A stretch of 63,299 nucleotides of DNA, filler included, from Chiloscyllium plagiosum (taxonomy: Eukaryota), in assembly GCF_004010195.1 (NCBI RefSeq). It is 8 parts of 8 records of this genome, joined end to end, with 100 filler letters (N's around TTAATTAATTAA, not from the genome) between each part and the next. Parts side by side here need not be neighbours in the genome. Positions count along the whole stretch, not along the records: positions 41,276 to 53,557 come from NW_025214549.1; positions 53,658 to 59,221 come from NW_025214853.1; positions 59,322 to 60,523 come from NW_025137250.1; positions 60,624 to 62,146 come from NW_025159870.1; positions 62,247 to 63,299 come from NW_025207500.1; 3 more parts are not named here. One strand, given 5' to 3'. Each line of letters begins with the position of its first letter. Within the stretch, counting starts at the first letter, position 1. This document shows positions 52,671 to 63,299 of the stretch, in pieces. The position numbers and the translations under genes were made by a program. A model generated the notes under the pieces. That model was not told the origin of the DNA, ran no database searches, and worked only from the letters and a program-made list of their open reading frames with translations.

Positions 52671-53127
52671 CACAGTGAGAGCTCCCAGTGCAGAAGCTGT
52701 ACAAAAACCTCTCCTCTCTGCTTCCCTCCATCACTCTCACCCTCTTCCTGTCCATCTCTCATTTACCCTCAGCCTCTCCCTGCCCCTGTCTGTCTCTCCC
52801 TCATTCATGTCTTTCTTTCTCTCTGTTTCTCTCATTCTGTTTCTCTCTCTGTGTTGTGTCCAGCTGGGCTCGGACGGTTTGTGAACTTTATTTTTCATTG
52901 TTAAATCTTGCAGCTGTTCTTCACATGTGGCCATGGAGTGTGTAGTGCAAAGTGACAATCCCGGCATGGGGTAATTTGTTCAGTTTCATTTATATCTAAC
53001 TATGTGTATTGGTGGTGGAGGTAGGGTTATGTGTCCATTATTACATACAACATGTTATTATGAATGTGTCAATACAGGAGGTGGTGCTGTGTGTATTGAG
53101 GTTTTTATACGGCTCTGTATCACTGGG

Positions 53128-53424
53128 AAGGTCTGGTGTAACGCTGCATACAGTAATAGTCAGCGACATCCTCATTCTGAACGTTGCTGATTGTCAGGGT
53201 GAAACTGGTCCCTGATCCACTGCCGGTGAATCGCTTGGAGACTCCTGTGAATCGAGTTGCTGCACCATAGATCAGAAGAGAGGGTTTCTGACCTTCTCGC
53301 TGCTGGTACCAAGCAAGGTAGCTGCTAATGTCTTCACTGGCCGTACAGGTGATGCTTGCAGTCTGGCCCAGTCCCACTGACAGCACCGGGGGAGACTGGG
53401 TCATGGTGATGTCCCCACTGATAC
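53128..53424 (-). CDS. IGKV: Ig light chain kappa-type V exon (open frame; 12-RSS heptamer mutated)
   Basis: [42 protein letters not shown]...[17 protein letters not shown] 53100-53127 CCCAGTG+12+ATAAAAACC. The leader is beyond the contig end. Confidence 0.92.
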
Positions 53425-53859
53425 CTGAGGGGTCAGAGAGAAACACAGTGAAGTCAGAACTGTCACAGAAAGAGCCTGTCAAATGAGAGATTGTTGGAGA
53501 CACTGAGCATTCCTCTGGTTTCAGCATTTTCCCTTCAATCACAAGTCAGTGGAATTGNNNNNNNNNNNNNNNNNNNNNNNNNNNNNNNNNNNNNNNNNNN
53601 NTTAATTAATTAANNNNNNNNNNNNNNNNNNNNNNNNNNNNNNNNNNNNNNNNNNNNGTTTGCAACAAAAACTTCCAGCTCGGTGAACAGAACCACAACA
53701 ACGAGCACCCGAGCTACAAATCTTCGCACAAACTTTGAACAAACTCGCATCGAATAAAATCTGTAATTGCTTATGCACACCTGATATTTAATTGTTAGTT
53801 TATTTGTTTAAAATACATAATTATTTATTATTTATGTTGAAAATAAAAGTTTTTTGGGA

Positions 53860-55120
53860 AAATGAATGGTAATATTTCAGAATTCAAGCCCTATGAGGTA
53901 CGAGATCATCTCCATCCTGAATACGAGTTTAAGTTCTTCCCAATTCATTATGCTCGCTGCTTTTTGCTTCGGCGTTGATACAACAATGAGAGGGTGGGGG
54001 GGTACGGAGAGGAAAGAAGATTTTCGCCAACATGCCGCACAGAAGGTTTCTGAATAACATTGCAGCCTTGTTAAGAGCAAGGTGCTGCCAGTGATAGAGG
54101 ATCAGCTGATTTGCAGAAAGCAGAGATTTGGGATAAAAGGACCTGTTCCAAGATGGCAGCCAGTGACGAGTGGACCTTCGCACGAGCCATGTTTGAACCA
54201 AATCATTCACATTTTATATTAACGATCTGGACAGAAGCATTGTTGTTAGATTTGCAGGTGACAAGAAGATATGTGGAGGGATAGGTAGTGTTGAGAAGCA
54301 TGAAGGCAGCAGAAGGACTTGGATAGGCTAGAAGAATGGCAAAGTAAGAGAAATATAATTGGGAAATGCACTTTGCTAGGAAGAATAGACACATAGACTA
54401 TTTTCTAAATGGGAAAACACTTCAGAAATCTGAAGCACAAAGGGACTTCAGTGTTCTCGTTCAGCATTCTCTTCAGGTTAATATGCAGGTTCACTTGGGA
54501 ATTAGATAGGCTCATGCAATATGAGCATTCATGACTCGAATACAAAAGAAGGGATGTGCTGCTGAGGTTATATAAGGCTCTGATCAGACTGCATTTGGAA
54601 TATTGTTCACAGTTTTGGGCTCCACATCGAAGGAAGGATGTGATGGCATTGATGGGGTTCCAGAGGAGGTTTACAAGAATAATCCAAGTGATGCAGGAGC
54701 TATTGAAGATTCTGAGTTTGTACAAAAGGTGTTTAGAAGGATGATGGGGGATTTCATTAAAACTTACAGAATACTGAGCCGAGATGGAGTGGATTTGGAG
54801 AACTTCCATTAATAAGAGAGTAAAGGAGGGGGGGGGCGTACCCTCAGGGTGAAGGGATGACCGTTTCAAACTGAGATGAAGAGAACTTTCTTCGTAGGGT
54901 GATGAATCTGTGGGACTCGTTGCCACCGGAGGTTGTGGAGGCAAAGTCATTGAGTGTACTTAAGACAGAGTGACATAGGTTCATGAGTAGTAAGGGGGTC
55001 AAAGATTAACGGGAGAAGGTGGGGGAAATGGAGTTGAGAAATATATCAGAAATATGACCGAATGGCTGAGCAGACCAAATGGGCCAAATAGTCTGATACT
55101 GCTCCTTTAGTTTATACCCA
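53860..55120 (+). mobile_element. Degenerate CR1 LINE 3' portion
   Basis: LLRLYKALIRLHLEYCSQFWAPH...QRRFTRII. Confidence 0.8.
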
Positions 55121-55870
55121 CCTCTGTTAGCAATTCCCACTTTGGAACAATTCATCTGCACTGTCAAAAAAGCACTGAAAATCTTCACAGTAAGTTAAAG
55201 TTATCAAAATAATCTTCAGTAACCATGGTTTTTAAAAGTATATTGCAACCAATGTAATATTTAGGCAACAGCCTATTTGCGACTTTGCAATCCAATACAT
55301 ACTCTGTGTTAAACTGCAAACGTATGTGCTAATGCAGAGACATAGCTAATATTTTCAATAATGACAATGTTGTACGTTTCATACCATGAAATGTGAGATC
55401 CGTCCCTCTCCATAAATGCTACTGTATTGAAAACATTTGTTTTTAGCATTTCTCGTTTTATTTCAGATATCCAGCATCCACTAGATTTTCCTTTCTTATA
55501 TTTTATATAGTATATTGTGCATTGTTCTGGAACACGCCTGGATGCTTTTCAATGAACCACCAGAGAGAACTAATGTTCCAGCAAATCCAGTTCTGGACCT
55601 GAAACATTCATTCTGCTTTCTCTCCACCGATGCTGCCAGATCTGCTGATTTACTCCAGCAATTTATATGTTTGTTGCAATTGTACAACAATATTCTTGAT
55701 TCTTTTTCCACTGGGATACCTGCAAAATAACCTTTACCTAATGTAACGGTAAATGTGCTGTTACGTACCATTTCATGTGTCTTATTTTATAAGATATTAC
55801 CTTCGAAATTTTCATTTATAACATTTTCTAATTTACACCAGATAATAGTGGGTGGCACGGTGGCATAAGT

Positions 55871-56190
55871 GGGCGGCACGGTGGCACAGTGGTTAGCACT
55901 GCTGCCTCACAGCGCCTGAGACCCGGGTTCAATTCCCGACTCAGGCGACTGTGTAGAGTTTGCACATTCTCCCCGTGTCTGCATGGGTTTCCTCCGGGTG
56001 CTCCGGTTTCCTCCCACAGTCCAAAGATGTGCAGGGTCAGGTGAATTGGCCATACTAAATTGCCCGTAGTGCTAGGTAAGGGGTAAATGTAGGGGTATCG
56101 ATGGGTTTCGCTTCGGCGGGTCGGTGTGGACTTGTTGGGCCGAAGGGCCTGTTTCCACACTGTAATGTAATCTAATGTAATCTAATCTAA
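55871..56190 (+). mobile_element. Full-length HE1-like SINE
   Basis: tRNA-like head with A box (tggcacagtgg) and B box (ggttcaattccc), conserved core, and (TAATC/TAATG)n tail. Confidence 0.88.
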
Positions 56191-57150
56191 AAAAAAATTT
56201 CACTTTTATGCTGCAATTGTTTGTCATTTTTGAATGAATTAAGTATTCATTCACCTGTAAAGAGGTTGACTGAAACAAAATTTTTTTATACAAGAAAATA
56301 TTAAGCATTTCATTTTAAGCCCCGTTGTTTTATGGTAAAATGTTTGCTATGCATTGACAGATTTACGTCTGTCCAATTTCACCATAATTTAATGTTGAAT
56401 ATGCGTATGCAGCAACATGGATGAACTGTATTAATGTATGTTTTTAAAAATGGAGACTATTTACCACTTTAGTATGTTATTCTGATGATAAGTTGAAACT
56501 TTATTGCTGGAACAGCACAGCAGGTCAGGCAGCATCCAGGGAACAGGAGATTCGACGTTTCGGGCACAGGCCCTTCTGATGATAAACCTATTCAAATTAG
56601 GCTATTATGTGAAAGCAATTAAATGCCTCTTTCGGAGGTTGGAACAGTGCTGTTCCCAATCCAATAAAATAAAAATAATGCAACACAATCATTTCAGTCA
56701 ATTTATTCCAATGTAAAATAAATCTTCAAAAGTTTTTTTTGGAACTCACAAAAAAGTAGAATTACCTTTTGACGATATGGTGAAGAAAATGCTGTTGTAA
56801 CTATTATATACCAAAAACACTAATTGCATCATATTGAAATATACCTAATATAGGCATCTTCATCATTACTTTTTACATTCACATTGTGCACTTTCCAGCA
56901 GAATGCATCTAAATAACACTCAGGAGCAGGGACTCTGCTTCCTTCCCTGCCCCCAGCCTTTACCACTTAGCATTAGTCAAAGCGAAATGGGTCTGGGTGG
57001 GTTATTCTTTGGAGGGTCAGTGTGAACTTATTGTGCCGAAAGGTCTGTTTCCACACTGTAGGGAATCTAATCTAAAAAAAGGACAAATTTCCATTCAAGA
57101 CCAAATAACCTAAATGTTAAATCTTACTTGTTTGCCTTTTTTTCCTACAG

Positions 57151-57450
57151 TTTCTCCAACTACGCTGCAGATTCTCTCCAGAGTATCTCCAAACTCCTCT
57201 CTTCTGGACATCGTGTGTGAAACAAATGACTTTTATCCAGAGGCGATCATTCTCAAATGGTACAAAGATGGAATTGAAATCACAATCCACTCAGAGACAA
57301 ACAAAGAACTGAACATAAATGGGTTTTTACAAGTTTTCCAACCTTTTGAAGTCCGTCCAGAGTTTATACTTGTTTATACTTGTCAAGTATCTCATGTCAC
57401 CCTCCAATGTCCAGCTAATGTGACATTTATTGATCCAATTTCTCACCAAG
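57151..57450 (+). CDS. C1-set Ig domain exon of a non-rearranging IgSF (SIRP/B7-H6-like) gene
   Basis: 300-bp phase-1 exon with cctacAG and G|GTacat; C1 motifs IVCETNDFYPEAIILKWYKDG and YTCQVSH. Confidence 0.82.
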
Positions 57451-57998
57451 GTACATTGCTTCACAGATATTACCAAACTGAGAGTTTTAAATTATATCAT
57501 TAACATTAGGAGACTTGCTGGCATAGTGGTAAATAGTATTGGAACTTCAGCGTAATTCTCAAGCGTCCTGAATGACTAAAGAACACCCGCTTGCTGATAA
57601 TGTCATCTTTACACCACCTAAAATAACGATCACCGGAATTGGTGGAGGAAACTCAGCAGATCGGGCAGCATTTGTGGAGAGAAATTGAGTTATCAGTTCA
57701 AGTCAGAACTGAAGTCATGCTGGAACTCCAAATGGTTACTCTGTTTCTCTCTCCACAGATACGGCCAGACCTGCTGAGATTCTCCAGCATTCTCCGTCAT
57801 CATCCTCAGTAATATACTTTAATTCGATCGTTCAAGGAATTTCCCATTTACTGCACTTAAAATCACCATTTTATAATGAAAATTTAATATCTCTCTTCTG
57901 CGTTGTTCGACCAAAAGGTGAAGAAGCTAAAGTTTCTAGTCACGTGCGAGCGTAAATCCTGAAACTATCTAATCGTTATTGTCTTGTTTCTTTTCCAG

Positions 57999-58132
57999 TT
58001 TTCTTGAATCCATACGCTATGGTTGTTCGGTGTGTACTGATTGTACTGGTCCTTCTGATCATCACTTGGATCCTTTTTCTTGCTTCCAGTCCTTTGAAAG
58101 ATAAACCATTCATTCTTGACCAACGGGTCTGA
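57999..58132 (+). CDS. Terminal TM/cytoplasmic exon of the same gene
   Basis: ttgtttcttttccAG acceptor, in phase. Encodes VFLNPYAMVVRCVLIVLVLLIITWILFLASSPLKDKPFILDQRV*. AATAAA at 58245-58250. Confidence 0.75.
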
Positions 58133-59489
58133 GCTTAATTAAGGACAGGGCAAAGACAAACCAGAATCACAAAGGAATTTCAAGAATCACTGAAATTTCC
58201 AAAAGGCCACAGATGGACACTCAGTGTTGGTTTTGCCAACAATGAATAAACAAGTTTGAGCTATAGGGTGATGCTGACTAGCATGGAACCCTTTTCCCTC
58301 CAGACTCAGTGGCTAAGGGTTTACAAAATCAATAGGGGCATGCATAGGGTGAATAGCCAAGGCCTTTTTCTCAGGGTGGGAGAATCGAAATCCAGAGGGC
58401 ATGCATTTAAGGTGAGAGGAGAAAGATTTAAAAGAAATCTGAGGGGTAACTTTTTAATTCAGAGAGTGATGCATGTATAGAATGAGCTGCCAAAGGAGGT
58501 AATGAGGCAGGTACAGTTGCAATATTTAAAAGGCGTTTGGAAGGGTACAAGAATAGGAAGGGCTTGGGGAGATAGTGTCAAATGCCGGCACATGGAACTA
58601 GATCAGTTTAGGATACCTGGTCAATGTGGACGAGTTGAACCAAAGAGTCTGTTTCCGTGATGTATAACTCTATGGCTGTATAAATATTAGAGACTGTTTA
58701 TTATGCTCTGTGTGATCACATCTTCCATTATATTCAGTAAATAGGACATTATCAGGAACTACGGAGATGCTTACTGCTTCTGCTCTCTAACTGCAGAGCT
58801 TAAAATAACTAGAGCTCTCGGTGGCAGTGGAAACCACTGTCACCATTTTAATGGATAGATTTGGAAAGAGGATGTTTCAACTTGTGGTGAGGGGTCTGGC
58901 GCATGATGCATGCTAACTGTTCACCATTCCCTCTCTGATCACCAGGCATTGCCATCAGTAGAGATTTGGAGATGACCACAGCCCCCAATAGAATATCGCA
59001 ACAGTGAATTTGGCTGGGCCTCACTACTTCACTGGGATTTCCAATTTTATTGGTGTGTAAGAGTGCAGACATCACCCCACCAGCATCCTTTGTTTTTCAT
59101 AGATCCCCGAATGGGGCAGCACAGTTAGATAAGGTGGTTAAAAGACAAATGAGATGTTTATCTTGTTTGGCAGATAGAGTAAATACACAAGCAGGAGATA
59201 ATTCTACAACTATATGAGACANNNNNNNNNNNNNNNNNNNNNNNNNNNNNNNNNNNNNNNNNNNNTTAATTAATTAANNNNNNNNNNNNNNNNNNNNNNN
59301 NNNNNNNNNNNNNNNNNNNNNCAAATGTTTCACAGATCAAAATACATCAACAATCGTAAGCATCGTTTCAGAATAGTTGGAGTTGCTATTTTGAAGGTGG
59401 TGTCTTCACCCTGTGAAGGAGTAATCTGAAGATTGGCTGTTTGTATCAGAAAGGGGCATTTTTCATTGACTTTGATTTTTGTTTCATAG

Positions 59490-59790
59490 AAGATACCGAG
59501 TGCCACCGTTAAAATCCTCCCACCGCCAGTAGAACAAGTCTTACTGGAGGCGACGGTGACGTTAACCTGCGTTGTGTCCAATCTTCCTTCTGGAGTCAAT
59601 GTGACCTGGAAACAAGAAAAGAAGCCTCTGAAATCAAAGATTGCTGAGCAGCCTGGACAGAATCCCGACAGCGTGATCAGCAAATTAGACATTTCTACTG
59701 AAGCCTGGCTGAGTGGCGTTACTTTTGAATGTGTGGTGTACCATCAGAATCTACCGACTCCGCTGAGAGACTCCATCCACAAGTAGAAAG
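59490..59790 (+). pseudogene. IGHM: IgM CH3 exon, frameshifted
   Basis: 8-bp deletion near the 5' end relative to the 21111 copy (immediate TAA in the spliced frame); TAG at 59784-59786; splice sites intact. Confidence 0.92.
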
Positions 59791-60246
59791 GTGAGCGGTG
59801 AGATTAAAGCACAAAGGATCCCATGTGTAATCCAGATCCAGTTACATCAATGATAGGCTTTGATTGGAAATGACCCAACACCGTTGGGAGCATTAATGAT
59901 GCATCTGAAGGCAGGATAGCTAGGTAGCTGATTCAGAAAAAGATGGACCAAAGGATATTGTATTCTGATTAAGTCAGATAAGATGGGAAGAAGCCTGGGT
60001 TGTGACGTCACCATCAGCAATGACAAATTGCCAGAATGTCCTCGTTGTGGGCTGGAAACATGGAGACAACTTTCACATTAAACCTTCCTTTTTTTTACTG
60101 AACAGAATGTGTACCATTCTGCTCCGTTAAAAAACAAAAGTGAATAAATCCCAAATTAAACATGGCGTATTTTAATATTTAGTGAAATTGTGATATTGGT
60201 TCAGGATTTTTTTGGTTGATTTATATTTGTCTCAAATATTCTGCAG

Positions 60247-60523
60247 TGATTAATCCGCTGGAGCCATCAGTGTCGGTCCTCCTGCCACCAACAGAAGAAA
60301 TCTCCGCTCAGAGGTTTCTCTCCCTCACCTGTTTAGTGAGAGGTTTCTCCCACCGAGAGATCTTCGTCAAGTGGACAAACAATGACAAGCCGGTGAATCC
60401 CAGTAACTACAAGAACACCGAGGTGATGGCGGAGAGCGACAACACGTCCTTCTTTATCTACAGCCTGTTATCCATTACAGCGGAGGAGTGAGCCAGCGGT
60501 GCTTCTTACTCCTGTGTGGTGGG
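60247..60523 (+). pseudogene. IGHM: IgM CH4 exon (partial) with stop
   Basis: [33 protein letters not shown]...SITAEE*ASGASYSCVV; Trp changed to TGA at 60489-60491. Confidence 0.92.
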
Positions 60524-60945
60524 NNNNNNNNNNNNNNNNNNNNNNNNNNNNNNNNNNNNNNNNNNNNTTAATTAATTAANNNNNNNNNNNNNNNNNNNNN
60601 NNNNNNNNNNNNNNNNNNNNNNNCATCATTTCTTCATTTATGCCAGTAATTCGTCTACCTTGTTCATCAGACTCTGTCATTAAAACTAATACCATCCAGT
60701 GTTGCTATCTCCCTTCTGATGTTACCGGCCTATAGTTTCTCTGCCTCCTTGACTCCCTTGCTGTGTCCTATAAGTTTAGCCTTTCACATTGTCCTGATGA
60801 TCTTTCTGTGTGGATCCCAGCTTCTCCAGCACTCTGCACAATTATGATTCCTGTATCCATTAACCACAAGAAACCTTGATATATGAGAACTGATTGTATT
60901 TGTTATGAAATTCGTCGGATAATGTGTGCGATGTGTTTCCTAAAG

Positions 60946-61257
60946 GTCCAGACATTCTCCCACCAACTCTTCTTCTAACTGTGAGCTCCAGTGAAGAAAT
61001 CGCAAGCAGCAAGTTTGCAACCGTCGTCTCTTCAATCATCGAGTTCCATCCGAAGTCAATCTCCGTGAGTTGGTTGAAAAATGGCCGACCCTTGGATTCT
61101 GGCTTCTTCACGTCTCCCGTGTGTGAGGCGAATGGGAACTTCTCGGTGACGAGTCGGCTGATGGTCCCTTATGGTGAATGGTTCAACAGTGCGGTCTATA
61201 CCTGCCAGGTCACTCATGGAGAGAACACTCAAAGTAAAAACATCACCGCACTCCAGG
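60946..61257 (+). CDS. IGHM: IgM CH2 exon, open but first canonical Cys changed to Ser
   Basis: 312 bp with intact splice sites; TCT at 61029-61031 where paralogs have TGT. Confidence 0.85.
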
Positions 61258-62246
61258 GTAAGAGACACAGACTGAGAGAGCAACAAATCATTCTGAACTC
61301 TGATGTGAATCAAACACACTAATTTATCAGGCGGAGTAAACAGCATCAAACACACTAATTTATCAGGCGGAGTAAACAGCATGGTACAGCTTCTCATTTC
61401 CCAATATGCCACGTATCTTTATTTCAGTTTGAGTGTTACATTAGCATTGCTCATAATTCAACCTTTTGGCAAGTCAGAAAAGCATGTTTCCTGTCTGTTG
61501 AAGAGAGATATATAGACAGTGAGCTTTGTTAAATAGTTTGTTGCCTGACCATGCTGGGAGAGGCATTCAGAGTGCTGAATCCTTGCCTGGTAGCCGCTTC
61601 GAGTATAGGTTTGGGGTGGAGGGGGATATTGGAGAGATATCTGATTGAAACATAGAAAATACTGAGAGACTGAGGTTGAGTGAATGTAGAATAGGTGTTT
61701 TGACTGGTAGGCGAGACTAGGACCTAAGGGCACTGTCTCAGGGTCAAAAGGGCACCGTTTAGAACTGAGATGGGGAGGAATTCCTTCAGCCAGAGGGTGA
61801 TGAGTCTGTGGAACGAATTCCTTCAGCCAGAGGGTGATGAGTCTGTGGAACATGTTGCTGCAGAAGGCTGTGGAGGCCAGGCCATTGTGTGTATTTAAGC
61901 CAGAGATAAATCGGCTCTTGTTTAGTACGGGGAGAAGGCAGAAGAATGGCTTTAGCCCGAAACGTCGTTTCCTGCTCGTCGGATGCTGCCTGACCTGCTG
62001 TGCTTTTCTAGCATCATTCTGATCTAAACTCTGGATTGGCTGAACAGCCTTATGCTGATCCTCTATCTTATGATGTTGTGGTCTCAAAATGACGTGGTTA
62101 AAATATGCAGTAACCCTTACTTGAAAATAAATCACAATGCGTTCAANNNNNNNNNNNNNNNNNNNNNNNNNNNNNNNNNNNNNNNNNNNNTTAATTAATT
62201 AANNNNNNNNNNNNNNNNNNNNNNNNNNNNNNNNNNNNNNNNNNNN

Positions 62247-62506
62247 TGACCTGGCAGGTATAGACTGCGCTGTTGAACCATAAGGGACCATGAGCCGACT
62301 CGTCACCGAGAAGTTCCCGTTTGCCTCACACACGGGAGACGTAAAGAAGCCAGAATCCAAGGGTCGGCCATTTTTCAACCAACTCACGGATATTGACTTC
62401 GGATGGAACTCGATGATTGAACAGACGACGGTTGCAAACTAGCTGCTTGCGATTTCTTCACTGGAGCTCACAGTTAGGAGAAGAGTTGGTTGGAGAATGT
62501 CTGGAC
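62247..62506 (-). pseudogene. IGHM: IgM CH2 exon (partial), frameshifted
   Basis: Acceptor AG changed to CG (62507-62508); 7-bp deletion between ATGGT repeats near 62278. Confidence 0.88.
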
Positions 62507-63299
62507 CGTTAGGAAACACATCGCATACATTATCTGACGAATTTCATAACAAATACAATCAGTTCTCATATATCAAGGTTTCTCGTGGTTAATGGATACA
62601 AGAATCATAATTGTGCAGAGTGCTGGAGAAACTGGGATCCACACACAAAGATCAGCAGGACAATGTGAAAGGCTAAAATTATAGGACGCAGCAAGGGAGT
62701 CAAGGAGGCATACAAACTATAAGCCGGTTAAATCAGAAGGGAGAGAGCAACGTTGGATGGGATTCCTTTTAATGACAGAGTCTGATGAAAAAGGCAGATG
62801 AATTACCGGCATAATGAGGAAATGATACGGTTGCTATCATGGAGACATATTGAGAGCCGGGCAGGAGTGGCTATTCAATATTCCAGGATTTAGTGCCTTC
62901 AGGCGAGACAGGAAAAGATGGAAAAGGATGGGGGCAGGGGTGTGCGGTACAGAATGTTGCTTCTGTCGCAATTCTGACAGGAGTATTTTTAGCTGGAAAG
63001 AGAAATGACATCATGGATACCTCCTCGAACGAAGGCAAATGGACAGTACTTCAAAACCAAAATACAGTAAACATAACTACTGGGAGAGCACAATAAGACC
63101 TTACTATAGGTCCAAAAGACCAAGTGCAGATACATGGGCAAATTTCAGAGGAACATAAATTAAATAGGGGAATGAGAAAAGCGGTTTTTAACTTCCTCAG
63201 TATAGGCTTGGATATTCATTTTGTCAAAAGTTTAGAGGGAGCAGAATTCTGAAAATGTCCCCAGGAGAATATTTTAACAAAGTATGTGTTTAATACAGA

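Noticed and set aside
55871-55945. tRNA gene
   Set aside because: It is the tRNA-derived head of an HE1-like SINE, continuous with the SINE body.
59322-61257. Novel isotype with exon order CH3-CH4-CH2
   Set aside because: The order spans an artificial linker at 60524-60623.

Overview
Cartilaginous-fish (shark; inferred from Ig sequences and HE1/CR1/Penelope repeats) adaptive-immune gene DNA. It is not one contiguous molecule. Eight contigs are joined by seven identical 100-bp linkers (44 N + TTAATTAATTAA + 44 N), so order and orientation across linkers are unverified. Contents: (1) 1-4615, an intact IgM CH2 exon. (2) 4716-20846, a TCR alpha/delta-type V with a 23-RSS and a 3-kb tandem duplication. 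(3) 20947-41175, a germline minus-strand IgM minicluster L-VH-D1-D2-JH-CH1-CH2-CH3. Its VH and JH are intact, while all C exons and one D2 RSS are damaged. (4) 41276-53557, a CR1-rich block with an unrearranged kappa-type VL-JL pair whose V heptamer is mutated. (5) 53658-59221, the last two exons of a non-rearranging IgSF receptor: a C1 domain plus an Arg-containing TM and a short tail. (6-8) Further mostly dead IgM CH2/CH3/CH4 copies. Several Penelope-like elements carry minimal hammerhead ribozymes, one inserted into a CH2 exon. Best leads: the V-intact/C-dead IgM cluster as a possible V donor for TCRdelta chimeras, the putative activating C1-TM(Arg) receptor, the hammerheads, and repeats in the JH-CH1 intron. 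Repeat boundaries are approximate, read by eye.
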